DNA of 64,000 nucleotides from Carcharhinus amblyrhynchos (lineage: Eukaryota). This document shows positions 48,320 through 60,169 of the stretch, one piece after another. The DNA is taken from assembly GCA_965287045.1 (NCBI GenBank), contig OZ336877.1, positions 4,712,001 to 4,776,000 of the forward strand, given 5' to 3'. The position numbers and the translations under genes are program-made. Below the pieces are notes generated by a model. The model was not told where the DNA came from, made no database searches, and saw only the letters and a list, made by a program, of their open reading frames with translations. Every line of letters starts with the position of its first letter. Position 1 is the first letter of the stretch.

Positions 48320-49795
48320 AATATGCAGTTTAGGAGGAAACTACTTGGCCCATTGTGTGTTTACCAGCCAAGAAAGCGCTACCCAGCCTAATCCCACTTT
48401 CCAGTTCTGAGTCCACGGCTCTGTAGATTACAGCACTTTCAGGTTCTGATTGGAATTAGGATTTCTGCCTCTACCACTTCTTTTGGCGATGAGTTTCAGT
48501 CCTCCACAACCCAACGCGCAAAATTATTTCTCCTTGCAATGACTCAGGAAGCCTGACTGGGAAGGAACATAGTTTATTACAGAATGCAAAGCAAAACCAC
48601 TGCCGTGGTGCACACATACTAATCCCTGCCTGGGACTAAAAGACTCAGGTAAGGAGCTCCAGCTGGACAGGTCACTGTCTGTTACCAGGGGAACTCGTAT
48701 TCAGTGCACTCCACAGGGACGCCAATCAGTGATTGCCCACGGACCTTGTGGGGATTATCACACTCTTCAACTCTTCTCTAATCCTGCTGCCATCACTTTT
48801 GATCTAAGCCCCCGAGTCACGGACATTTTTGCTCACGAAAATGACTCCTTCCTATCCACATTACCCAGCCCCTCATAATTTTTTTGTACCTTAATTCAAT
48901 CTCCTCTGCTCCAAAACTAAAAACTATCATCGCCTATCCCATCTTTCCTCATGGCTAAAGTTCTTCACTCCTGGCAACATCCCTGTGAATCTCATCTGCA
49001 CCCTCTCCAGTGTGTTCACATCTTTCCTGCAATGCGGTGGGCAAAATTGTTCTCAGCACTCAAGCTGTGGTCTAACTAGTGTATTTCTAAATTACATTCT
49101 ATGCATTGGAGAATAAGTATCCCACTTGGCTCCCTAACCACCTTATTTACCTACCCTGTTATCTGAATAGGATTGGGGGTGGAGCGGGGGGGGCGGGCGG
49201 TGGAAATCAGGCCAGAATTTTCCCATTCTGCCTGCCACTGGAATTCTAGCGGGGGGGGGGGGGGGAGGGGGGGCGGCGGATCATGTAAAGTTCCATTGAA
49301 GTCATGCAGGAATCTCTGGTTTTCAGGTGAGCGCGGCCGGAGAATCCCACCTGTCGAGTCCCAGTTCCCGACCATTTATCGTACTTTCCTTTGCCCTCCC
49401 AAATGCGTGACTTCACACTTCACCAGACCGAATTCCATTTGTGATTTTTCTGCCCACAGTCTGTCTTCCTGCAGTTCGCAACTTTCTTCCTCGCTATCAA
49501 ACGTATGGCCAATTTTTATATCATTTTCAAACTTCTGAATCATGCCCCCTACATCTAAAATTTAACTCACTGTTAAACACCACAAACAGCAAGGGGCCCA
49601 AGATTGAATCCTGCGGAATCTCACTGGGAACACCTTCCAACCCCAAAAACAGCATCGAACTTTTGCGGCCTGCCAATTTTGGATCCAATTTGTCAGTCGC
49701 CTTTAGAACCCTTCTTTTCCTGACCACTATACCATCTGGAACATTGTGAAAAGCTTTGTGGGATGTAGGCTGCATTAACTATCCTCATCAATCCT
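48320..49795 (-). mobile_element. degraded CR1 LINE with nested insertions (solo LTR, GC-rich MITE)
   Basis: Minus-strand RT motif GVPSEIPQDSILGPLLFVVF (ORF 49527-49775); CR1 C-terminal and tail motifs at 48330-49140. Confidence 0.7.
48535..48762 (-). mobile_element. solo LTR (228 bp)
   Basis: TG...CA ends (minus strand: TGTGATAA...TCATTGCA), a 5-bp target-site duplication CTCCT/CTCTT and an internal AATAAA. It interrupts a CR1. Confidence 0.7.
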
Positions 49796-49884
49796 CCTTT
49801 TTATCTCCTGAAAATGAATATGTTGGATTTGTTTATGAATGAGGCTGACAGTTATAAATTCACCCATCAGGAAAAAATCCCATT

Positions 49885-50300
49885 TGATAGGCATCCCATT
49901 CACCACTTTCAACACTTAGTCCACCACCGATGCATAGTAGCAGCACTGCATACCATCTACAAAGCACACTGCAGAAACTCAAGAAGACTCCTTTGACAGC
50001 ACCTTCCAACCCCCCAGTATCGAGAAGAACAAGGGCAGCAGACCCATCAGAACACCATGACTTGCAAGTTCCCCTCCAAGCCATTCACCTTCCTACCTTG
50101 GAAATACATCACCATTGCTTCACTGTCACTGGGTCAAAATCATGGAACTCCCTCTCCAATAGCCCTGTGGGTGTACCAATATCTGAGGGACTGCAGTGGT
50201 TCAAGGCGGCGGCTCACCAACACCTTCTCAACGGCAATTCAGGATGGGAAATGAATGCTGGCCTCGCAACACCAACATCCCATGAAAGAATTACAAAAAG
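49885..50300 (+). mobile_element. Crack-like LINE 3' end
   Basis: Reads HHRCIVAALHTIYKAHCRNSRRLL, TCKFPSKPFTFLPWKYI and GSKSWNSLSNSPVGVPISEGLQWFKAAAHQHLL, with the shared tail gggaaatgaatgctggcct. Confidence 0.85.
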
Positions 50301-51669
50301 ATTTTTCAACAGGATACGCTATGAACAGACAAATGTAATTGGACTCACAAACACAATTTCAGAAAGCAGCAGGTAGATTTTAACGAGTTCCTGAGATTTC
50401 AAGGACCCAAGAGGGGTGTTGTACATATAACAATTATCTACAAGGCTGCAGGTTAACACTTCGGTTCAAAATTCTTCCTTGTTATTTTCAGGAGATAGAG
50501 AATAGAACTTGGACAGGTATTTTGCTAAGATTCACTTACTCATAATTTAACAGTCAAATCCTAAAACAAAGTCCATCGCTTATCAAGGACTGAAGATTGA
50601 TCTGTTGGAAGCCTAGCAATAATTCTAGTGGTTTAAAAATAATTAACATGGATTTGTGTGCTCATTATTCCAAACGCGACTCTGAACATTTATCTGGATT
50701 GAGAGGCTGGTGCAGACATTTCTGAAGACCGACAGAATTAGGATTCACCTCGTAGAACGAGCAAAGATTCAACGACTGACAAAGTTTAGATCAAATGTAA
50801 AATGATTGAAAAACATGGCCCAGTCAGATGCTACTATCAAGTACCAGGAACACAGAGGCATACTCCCTCCATTTCCCGTTTTCCAGGCGGTGAGGAGGCC
50901 ACACACGGTCACATAACTCATCGGATTTTAGCTAGAGATCAAGTGGACAAATGATAACGCTGAGGCAACATGCTTTTACTAACGACAGCATCAGGAAACC
51001 AATTAATCATCCTAGATTTCTCACGTAGCTCTGCATGTTGAGTCGGAAGGGTATAAAGCTACAGCAAAGGTGCAACTACACCTAATGACTGCAGTTTATA
51101 TGTAGTGTCATCAGGGCTTGCTGGCATGGGGAATTTACATTGCAACTAATTACACGGGCATTTTCACTGTTCAATGTTGACATAAAAAGCATACCTAAAA
51201 ATCATGCCAGCAAAGTCAAGTTTGTAGATGGTGAATGAATGCAGGATTCCGGATTATAATATTGCTTTGAAAAGGTTTCAATTTTGCTTGACAATATCTT
51301 TCACAAAATATATTCCTACAAGAGGATCCACAAAAGCTGTGAGACACCTTAAAGCTGAGGCAAGGGCAGAGAAAAGGATTGTATCCATCTCCACATGGAC
51401 ATTGTAATATTTAGTTTAAAATTCAGAGAGTAAATTGTTAAATTAGGAAACATTTGAGTTTCAGATTTAGTCTTGGCGCCGAGCTTTTTTCTATTACTTT
51501 AGATTTACCAACTTTCTCCAGTAATTTCTCCCCATACATCACAAATCAACAGGTTTAATGTCTTTTCATGCAGAGACCTGCAAATGCAGCACGTTTAGTT
51601 GTTCCTAATAAATGCTTTGTCATCAACAGTGGAGTATTTGAACTGACTTGCAACTGAGTGCTGATAAAA

Positions 51670-51868
51670 TTATTGGACAGTTACAGCGCAGAGGGACGCC
51701 ATACAGTCCATGACATCTGTACTCGTGCTCTGCAAAGGTAACTCAACTAGTCCAACTTCACTGCTTTTGCCACGCGTTTTCTTCTTCAAATAACTAATCA
51801 ATTCCCTTTTGAAAACCGCAATTGAATCAACCTCCACTGCAATCTCGGGCAATGCATTCCGGTCATGA
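51670..51868 (-). mobile_element. CR1 3' tail fragment
   Basis: Minus strand reads NALPEIAVEVDSIAVFKRELISYLK. Confidence 0.7.
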
Positions 51869-51871
51869 CAC

Positions 51872-52086
51872 GTTAGCACAGTTAGCACTGCTGTATCACG
51901 GTGCCAGGGACCCAGGTTCGATTCTCGGCTTGGGTCACTGCCTGTGTGGAGTTTGCTCATTCTCCCTGTGTCTGCGTAGGTTTCCTCTGGGGACAACGTG
52001 CAGACTCCACACAGTCACTCGAGGTTAGAATTGAACCCAGCTCCCTGGCACTGGGAGGCAGCAGCACTCTGCCACTGTGCTGCCCA
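51872..52086. mobile_element. fold-back pair of V-SINE 5' halves
   Basis: A plus-strand head/V-domain (51872-51991) is joined at GGG to a minus-strand head (51988-52086). Confidence 0.8.
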
Positions 52087-52996
52087 TCAGATGTTATTTA
52101 ATAAACCTTTCTTTTCAATATCTCAGATCAAATGAATTTACGTAACAGCTATTACGGGAAGCATCTTATTTTGTAAGTTTAGGGGGAGCTAATGAACCAA
52201 ACAGAAATTCCAAAGTTTGTCCATTTGAAGCAAGTTTGCAAACTAAATTGGGTGTAAAATTGTGACCAATTATCATTTAAAAGAGGATAAAATGTCTAAT
52301 TTAACTTGGTAATTGTAGTCGAAGTCAAGACATTAACTGGAGGCAAACAGAATTGGATGAACTGAGCCAAGAACGCACTGGTTCAAATCTACCAGCCCTA
52401 CCTCCCGCCTGGACCTGGAGTTAATGACGGGAGGCTGACAAGCAAGGGGAAAGGTGATAGTGGCGGAAGATTACAGTTCGGGACAACGCTGTCCCTTGCA
52501 CTCAGTTAAGTGGATGGTGAGCAGTGGCCGTTCTTCTGGGTCTGTCCTCCCATGGCACTGGGTGTGCCTGGCAAGACTGGCACCAGGTGCCAATCTCACA
52601 AAACGAAGTTAAAATATCAGGGGCTGGTTCATACTTTGAATCACAATGAAAGGCTGGTCTGCCTTGGCTGAGTTCTTCGCACATTGCCAACAATGAACTT
52701 TTGACAGTGGCACCATGAAACATTGAACTGATGGAAATCTCTCTGCAGATATTTTAAACCTTACTCCACATTTACATCAGGCATGGGCATGGGGTTTAAG
52801 ATCAAAATGAGGCAATCTATATAATAACAACAGAACATAATTTCATCTTTTCTTCCAGAACCTGAAGAAATGTTTTTCGCCATCAATATCAGTGCAGGTT
52901 AGAATTGCTCAAAGACAGTAGTCTGAATTCAACGTGCTGCTTTCCTCATGTTGTAATGCCATACTCATACTGAAATTTCAAAATACAAAAGCCCCA

Positions 52997-53325
52997 GGGT
53001 AGCCTAATGGTTAGCACTGCTGCCTCTCAGTTCCAGGGACCTGGGTTCGATTTCTGGCTTGGGTCACTGTCTATGTGGAGTTTGCACATTCTCCTCGTGT
53101 CTGCATGCGTTTCCTCTGTGCGCTCTGGTTTTCCTCCCACAGTCCAAAGATGCGTGGATTAGGTTAATATTTGGCCATGCTAAATTGCCCCTTAGTGTCC
53201 CAGGGTGTGTACGTTAAAGGGATCAGCAGGGTAAATACGTGGGGTTACGGGGGTAGCATTGTTGTCAGTGCAGGCTCGATGAGCCAAATGGCCTCCTCCT
53301 GTACCGTAGGGATTTTGTTACTCTA
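52997..53325 (+). mobile_element. HE1-type V-SINE
   Basis: tggttagcactgctgcctctcagttccagggacctgggttcgatt...V-domain...gagccaaatggcctcctcctgtaccgtaggga. Confidence 0.9.
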
Positions 53326-53337
53326 TGAAAAGTCAAC

Positions 53338-53545
53338 TACTGCAGCTGCTGGAATCCGAAACAGAAACAGAAAATCTCAGCAGGTCTGACAGCGTCTGTG
53401 GAGAGAGAATGGAGGGAACGTTTTGAAATCAGGATGACTGTTCATTGTGGAGGGCCACCCAGGCTCAAAACAGTTGCATCCACGGAAAGACAACAGAGGC
53501 TGTCAAGCCTGCTGAGATTTTCCAGCATTTCCAGTTTGCGCTTGA
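53338..53545. mobile_element. Penelope pLTR-derived fold-back element
   Basis: aaaatctcagcaggtctgacagcgtctgtg ... acagaggctgtcaagcctgctgagattttcc inverted arms. Confidence 0.75.
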
Positions 53546-53799
53546 AATTTCATTTCTGCATTTGTGTCTATTTTTTTTGCTGCCAAGCTGGCGACAGCCG
53601 TACGCAACCAAATCTTTTCCATACGCCGGAGGCAATGGAGGGTGAGTTTTATTTGCATATTAGTCACACGAGTAGTAATAAAAGGGAGCAGACAAGAAAA
53701 AAAGTGTTTACTCAGGAACCTTGCACGAAAAATCACAAAATTCCTGAAAACGGGGTTTTTATAATTTAATACTGAACTCCCAATCACAATTTAGTGTGC

Positions 53800-54330
53800 A
53801 TTTCTCACCAAGTGCCTAACTCTAGATTCTTAAAGCACCATCTTCGCTGAATCTCCAATCCTTCATTAGCTGTCCACTATATCCACAGAAGTGGTGGATT
53901 CCAGCTATATAATTTTGTGCGTGTCACTTTGAGCTGAATATTAATTACCAGCTTTGATTTGTTGAGTCAAGCGCCCAAGCTGATGGTGTAAACAACATTC
54001 TGAACAGTTGTCTTTCAATAACACTTCAAATACTGCAATAATTCAGACTAACTCCGATCCCCGGTGAATAATGATGCCTTGCGTTGGCCCACGCTTTTAA
54101 TTATTGTGTCACAGAATTCGCGTTGGAAATTAACAAAGTGCCATCTTCATGATTCTGAATTCTGACCTTCACGCAAACAGATGGCCAATGGCACACAGTT
54201 TTCTGAAGCAGCAGATTTTATTTGCCATTACTTCATTTTTCTTTTCTCTCCTTTTCTGCTCATCATCAGGAAATCAAAGTCTTATTCTCAGTTAAATTAC
54301 AGTGTCTACGGTCCATGCTTGGGCAAGTCA
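53800..54330. promoter_or_regulatory. candidate conserved non-coding element / enhancer
   Basis: TE-free block with TCF/LEF CTTTGAT (53952-53958) and ATCAAAG (54273-54279), AP-1 TGAGTCA (53963-53969), FOX GTAAACA (53988-53994), E-box CAGATGG (54178-54184) and TAATTA motifs. Confidence 0.45.
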
Positions 54331-55449
54331 AGGGACAAAAGAAGCCAAGCTCAACACGACTGTCTGGCTCAATGTGAAGAAGAGGTGAGGTAAGAATGAG
54401 CTGGAGGGAGTGGCAAACTTAAAACCTGCAGGAACCGAACAATGTTTACCCGAGCCACTCCTGAGGATTTGCAAGATTATCAGGAACAGACAGTGCAAGG
54501 CAAGGTCCAATGTTTATGTCGCAAAAGACGGCTAAGAAAGGCACTAAACTTATCAGGGCAAATTAATTCAATCAGGATGTTCTTATATTACAATTGTGAC
54601 CTGTGCAGAAATATTTGTCACTGATTATTAAGCATGTGCACTAGGATGCATTTCAGTCAGTGTGAAAGAACCATGGTAGGTGAGACAGCTTTTGGTGTGT
54701 TGCTTATGCTGTTTACCGCTGGATTATTCCTTCTTTGTTCGGCCAAGTCCACAGTGAGGGAAACTGAACACCGTCACAAGAGTAGAGCACCAAAGATTGA
54801 AAGAGTGAGACCTAAGAAGATAATCCATGGGCTTCCTAATTAACAGGGAAGGCAAGAGTAAAGCAAAAAATACATGCACCCGAAGAGAGAGGCAGAAAAT
54901 CTAGGGTGGTATCTGTGATAGTAACACTCTGTTATAATTTGACTATTCCCAATCATTCAGTAATACATCTGGTGTGCAGTGTGATCCCCAGCCACACGGA
55001 GCCTTTTGGGTCCAACTTTAACTTCTGGTCTATGCGATGCGGTGGGATTTAAGATTGATCAACAACAGGAACATGCTGGATTCTGTATTCTTAATCTTGT
55101 GTAGGCAAATAGAAGGAAGATGCAGCACTGTTGATCATTATCCACTGGCCCCATACTGAAAGCTGCACATAGTCAGATGCCAAGGATGGCCCATTCAGCC
55201 AAGGAGGTGATGGTGTGCCAGACTGAATAGAGCAGCACCACTAATGATACCTCAAAAATCATTATCCACTCGGAGGCCAGGGGCTGAGATACCGAAGAGA
55301 CGTCGGCACTCAAACGTAACTCAATGCTAGTTCATCGTGGTTAAGAGAAATGGTGAAGAGAGCAAAAATCAAGAGGAGGAAAAAGAAAAGCTGAAACTTT
55401 ATCTCCCAGCCATCTAAGAACTCTCGTTTCGGGATAATTAACTGAAGGA

Positions 55450-55790
55450 TGAATGATACAAATCTATAAAGGGGTCCTGACGGGGTTGAGATGGAGAGGA
55501 TGTTTCCTCTTGTGGGAGAGTCTAGTTCTTGGGGCCTTTATTTAAAAATAAAGGGACGCCCATTTAAGACAGATGAGAAGTTTTATTTTCTCTCCAGTTG
55601 GAACTCACTTTCTCAAAAGGCACTGGAATCAAAATATTTGAATATTTTTAAGGCTGAGATCGATAGATTCCTGGTAAGCAAGGGGTGAAAAGTTATTGGG
55701 AGAAGGCAAAAATGTGGAGTTGAGGTTATATTCAGATCAGCTGTGTTCTTATTGAATGTCCATCAAGCCTGCTCCGCCAAAGTGCCTCCT
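55450..55790 (+). mobile_element. CR1 LINE 3' end
   Basis: Reads MERMFPLVGESSSWGLYLKIKGRPFKT..WNSLSQKALE..LNIFKAEIDRFL. Confidence 0.85.
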
Positions 55791-55834
55791 TATTCATTTT
55801 TGTGTGTGCATGAGTATAAAAGAGTTTCTGAAGA

Positions 55835-56585
55835 AAGTCCTTGTGATGAGTTACAGAAAACTAGAATGCAGGTACAGCAGATAATAAAGAAAGCAAAAGG
55901 AATGTTGGCATGTATAGTTAAAAGAATATAAAGATGAGGAAGTATTGTTGCAACTATACAAGTCGTTGGTGAGACCGCACCTGGAGTGTTGTGCACAGTT
56001 TTGGTCCCCTTATTTGAGGGAAGATGTAGTGGCACTGGAGGTTCACTAGATTGATTCTAGAAAATGAGGGGTTTGTCATATGAATCATCATAGAACCCCA
56101 CAGTGCAGAAAGAGGCCCTTCGGCCCATCAAGTCTGCACCGAATACAATCCCATTGATGAAGAGAGACTGAACAGTTTAGGCCTATACGCTCTGGAATTT
56201 AAAAGAATGAGAGGAGGTCAAATTGAGGTATACAAGATGAAAAAAGGTATGGATAAAGTAGGAATGGATCGGATGCTTCCTCTTGCGGGGCATGCTGGGA
56301 AGAGAGGTCATAATCTTAGACTGAGGGGTAGCGAATTTAAAACAGAGTTGAGGAGAAACAACTTCTCCCAAATGGTTGTGAATCTGTGGAATTCCAAAGT
56401 GCAGTGGATGCTGGGACACTGAGGAACTTTGAGAAGGAGTTAGGCAGATCCTTAATTGATAATGAGTTGGAGGGTTATGGGGAGAAGGCAGGAAAATGGT
56501 AATGAGGAGCATATGAACCATGATCAAATGGCAGAGCAGACATTGGGCCAAATGGCCTAATTTTGCTCCTGTAACTAATGAACTT
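55835..56585 (+). mobile_element. CR1 LINE 3' portion with an antisense SINE tail inserted at ~56084-56155
   Basis: Reads QVQQIIKKAKGMLACI, LQLYKSLVRPHLECCAQFWSPY and RGHNLRLRGSEFKTELRRNNFSQMVVNLWNS. The insert is flanked by ATGAA/ATGAA. Confidence 0.88.
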
Positions 56586-57394
56586 GTGCTGTTAATTAGA
56601 TCACTCTCTCAAAAGCTAAGACTATCTGTGAATAATTTACATTTTCACTCATTGTGCATCAGTGGACTGGATGACCTGCCCATTGTGCAATCGATCTGAT
56701 CGCCATTCACTTCCACTGATTGTACTGAACTGGTACAGGTCCCCAGCCCCAGAATGCAATGACCTTGCTGCAACACTGTTCCATTACCGACAATGAGCCT
56801 CATCAGCCCAAGATTTATTTCCAATAGAAACAACGATGTGCTGAGCAAATCTCATCTGGGCACAATATTCTGTAAGGGATGTAGGCGCAGGGCGATTCAG
56901 ATCTATATCCATTTGACAGAAGGTTTCCAAGACTGTTGCACCACCTTTGGATGGCCTTGAAGAACGGTTTTCTGATTTTTCATTACAGAGATGATTGCAA
57001 TCGGTCAGTCTTCAAATTTTATAAGTGTTGTAAATTTATTCAGTACCAGAGCTTCTTTCTCTCCAAGGTCAAAAAATATGAGACATCAATACAGAGTACA
57101 GCAATGGGGCCATTAATAACCTGATATTGCTTTGCTTTCCAGTTTCAGACTTAGCGCTGGGCAACTTTAGACTGCTAGTTGATCAAAAGGTTACTTAATG
57201 TCTGTTTCAGAGTAGAGTGCACATTTGCAAAACTGGGTGACAAGTTGGAAGGGCGCTGTAAATTATTGAGTCAAGTACTCCTCCACATGAAGGATCAAAA
57301 AGGCGGAGCCAGGTCTCTGTGAATGCCATTTGGCTGGACTTGACGAGAGATGACATAGTGAATTGTTGCCTTGCATCTGTAACTAAAATAATAA

Positions 57395-57568
57395 ATGCAC
57401 TACTGAATCTAGACAGAGATAGACAGGTCCTTGACTGGTAAGGGAATCAAAGATTATGGACGTAAGGTGGGAAAATACAGTTGAGAAACGTATCAGTCAT
57501 GCTCGGATGGTGGAGAAGACTTAATGGGCTGAATGGCCTAATTCTGTTCCTATATCTCATGTCCTCAT
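57395..57568 (+). mobile_element. CR1 3' tail
   Basis: gacagagatagacaggtccttga..gggaatcaaagattatgg..gggctgaatggcctaattctgttcctatatctcatg. Confidence 0.75.
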
Positions 57569-58227
57569 GGTCCATCTCGACCACCATCCAATCAATGTAT
57601 TTGTCAAGTGCAGGAGAACTGCTGGGAGAAACGAAATTAGTACTGAAAGATTTCTGAATTCAATCAAGGGCTATTGTAAGAGTGGATTATTATACACCAT
57701 ATTGAGGCTAAGAGACTCATTAGGGAAAGGAAGGAGCTTCAATGGGTTGGATTCATCCAAAGGGTCATGCAATTCAACAAAAAGATCCTTGTGAAGTTTT
57801 ACCCTGAACCAAAACTTCTTTACAGCCATGATCAAAAGATTCCTTAAGGCGACTGTCCACCAACCTGTGTGGGTATCCATGGGGTCTAGAACAAAGCACC
57901 ACGCTGAGCGAACGCAGCAGCTCCATTAAGGACCCACCTGCATGAGGTCAGCAAAAACTGGTAAACTATACAGTTGTAAGTAGGAGGGCGATGGGAGAAA
58001 GTGGAGCCTGCTGAGCTCACTGTGGAACAGCAGGCATGAAGAGTATCCACAATTAATTCCCACAAGAGGTCATGCACACTTCACATCAGACGCAGAGAAA
58101 TCCTACACCTTAATTTCCCAGTCATAATGGGTTTAGAGATTCCAACATACCAATGAGGTTTCTGCAATGTCACACCCGACTATAAAAAAACAATTTATAC
58201 CAGTACAGACAATGCAGCAGTGTTTGC

Positions 58228-58566
58228 GTAGAATTACTACAATGCTACAGGGGGCCATTTGGCCCATCGTATCTGCACTGAAGCTCCATTACAGCATCTC
58301 ACCCAAGCCAGGCCCACCCCCTGTCCTATCCCTGCACATTTATTCTGCTAACTCATCTAACCAACACATCTTTGTGACACTATGCGTCAACTCAGAATGG
58401 CCAGTCCATCTAACCTGCACACCACTGGACTATGGGAGTAAACCGGAGCACCCAGAGGAAACCCAGACAGCCACAGGAAGAACGTGCAAAATGCACACAG
58501 TCACCCAAGGCCAGAATTGAACCCAGGCCCCTGGAGCTGAGAGGCAGCAGTGCTAACCGCTGTGCA
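58228..58566 (-). mobile_element. HE1-type V-SINE
   Basis: Reverse complement shows the head gcacagcggttagcactgctgcctctcagctccagggg..., the V-domain, and a CR1-derived tail. Confidence 0.85.
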
Positions 58567-59236
58567 AGCACGCAGCCCCAAGAATGTGGACAACGCACCT
58601 GCATTTGATGTACTGTCTTTACAGCAGGCAGATAGAGATAACACCCCACCTATAAATCCCAACTGGAGTTAAACCCACGCCCCCAACATGACCAGTGTCT
58701 ACTCCGGTGGGCACCAGATCCTTCAGTGGTCATTCTTAAACCTAGTTCACTTGGCTGGAATGGTTAAAAAAAAAATGCACTGTATAAATATTAAATGGCC
58801 CATCATTTGGGCTTCAGCTTCTCTGAAGTACACAGCGAGGCAAAATCAATTGCAAGCAAACAGCTGATATCTTCAATAACAGACAATCATCCTTGCTGTT
58901 ACGCAGATTGAAACAACATCAAGGTTTTTAAACAAGTTTAAGATGATCTGCCTCTGAAAAAAATTAACTGAGATAACAGCAATCACATTAGAAAACAGTT
59001 GTACATTTTCTCTCCTATAGAATTTGATGGAAAGCCAGTAGTGGCAAAACTGCTAGTATACAAAATTATATTGTAATAAAAAGTTACAGTTGGATTCTAT
59101 AATGTTGCAACCTTAGACTGGACTATTACATAAACGTGGTGATGAAGGATTCAAGCATTTTTGACCACAAAAGCACTTTTGAAGTCAAAAATGTTGAATC
59201 CTCCTTTAGATAAAATCTAGGTTAGGTCCTGGATGA

Positions 59237-59388
59237 AAGCAAATCACTGCAGATGCTGGAATCTGAAACCAGAAGTGCTGGAAAATCTCAGCAAGTCTGG
59301 CAGCATCTCGAAGAGAAAAGAGCTCTTTTTCTCTCCTTTCTGATGCTGCCAGACCCGCTGAGATTTTCCAGCATTTTCTCTTTTGATT
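59237..59388. mobile_element. Penelope pLTR-derived near-perfect hairpin element
   Basis: tgctggaaaatctcagcaagtctggcagcatc (59276-59307) is inverted with gatgctgccagacccgctgagattttccagca (59342-59373). The centre gagaaaagagctctttttctc is also palindromic. Confidence 0.8.
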
Positions 59389-59391
59389 CTA

Positions 59392-59532
59392 AGTTCGTTG
59401 CATTGGCCTGCTAAATTCTCCCCCAGTGTACCCGAGCCGGCACTGGAGTGTGGTGACTAGGGGATTTTCACAGTAACTCCATTGCAGTGTTAATGTAAGC
59501 CTACTGTGACACTAATAAACAAACTTAAACTT
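59392..59532 (+). mobile_element. V-SINE 3' tail (alternative-tail subfamily)
   Basis: ctaaattctccc...ggagtgtggtgactaggggattttcacagtaactccattgcagtgttaatgtaagcctactgtgacactaataaacaaacttaaac. Confidence 0.85.
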
Positions 59533-59651
59533 AGATATGTAACACATAAAACTGCCACAAGGAACATAATGAAAGTCAAATTCTATTTCAACGAACATCC
59601 GGAAATAAATCGCTAAAAGATAAAAATTAAAATGGGGTTGAAAAACAGCAG

Positions 59652-59948
59652 AGTTTAAGTTTAAAAGATTATTTATTAGTGCCATAAGTAGACTCACATG
59701 AACACTGCAATGAAGCCACTGTGAAAATCCCCTAGTCACCAACTCCGGTGCCTGAGGGAGAATTTAGCATGGCCAATGCACTGAACCAGCACGTCTATCA
59801 AACTATGGGAGGAAACTAGAGCACCCAGAGGAACCCCACACAGACACTGGGAGAACATGCCGACTCCACACAGATAGTGACCCAAGCCAGGAATCGAACC
59901 TGGGTTCCTGGCACTGTGAGGCAGCAGTGCTGACCACTACGCTGCCCA
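59652..59948 (-). mobile_element. V-SINE (alternative-tail subfamily), full length
   Basis: Reverse complement shows head, V-domain and the same tail as 59392-59532 and 19372-19672. Confidence 0.88.
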
Positions 59949-60169
59949 CAGCTATCTAAAAGATTAACAATTGAAATATTGGTCAGAATTCCCCAGTCTC
60001 AGACGCTCTACTATTGCTACCAGTGAGAACAGGGTAGTTGACTCTCAGCTGAGCTTCTGGTCACAACAGCAGGACTGGATAATCCCAGCCACTTGCAAGG
60101 TCGGAGAATTCTGACTATCGTCAGAGAGGTAACCTCCACTTTTCTTCCTTCGTAGCTGTGGTGATTTTA

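Noticed and set aside
49151-49538. Poly-Pro/poly-Gly ORFs suggesting a coding exon
   Set aside because: They arise from G homopolymer runs in a GC-rich MITE nested in a CR1, with no splice or protein-family support.
52997-53060. tRNA genes (A/B boxes, GGTTCGA) here and at 40460, 42440 and 59880
   Set aside because: These are tRNA-derived SINE heads that run into V-domain or SINE bodies, with no complete cloverleaf.
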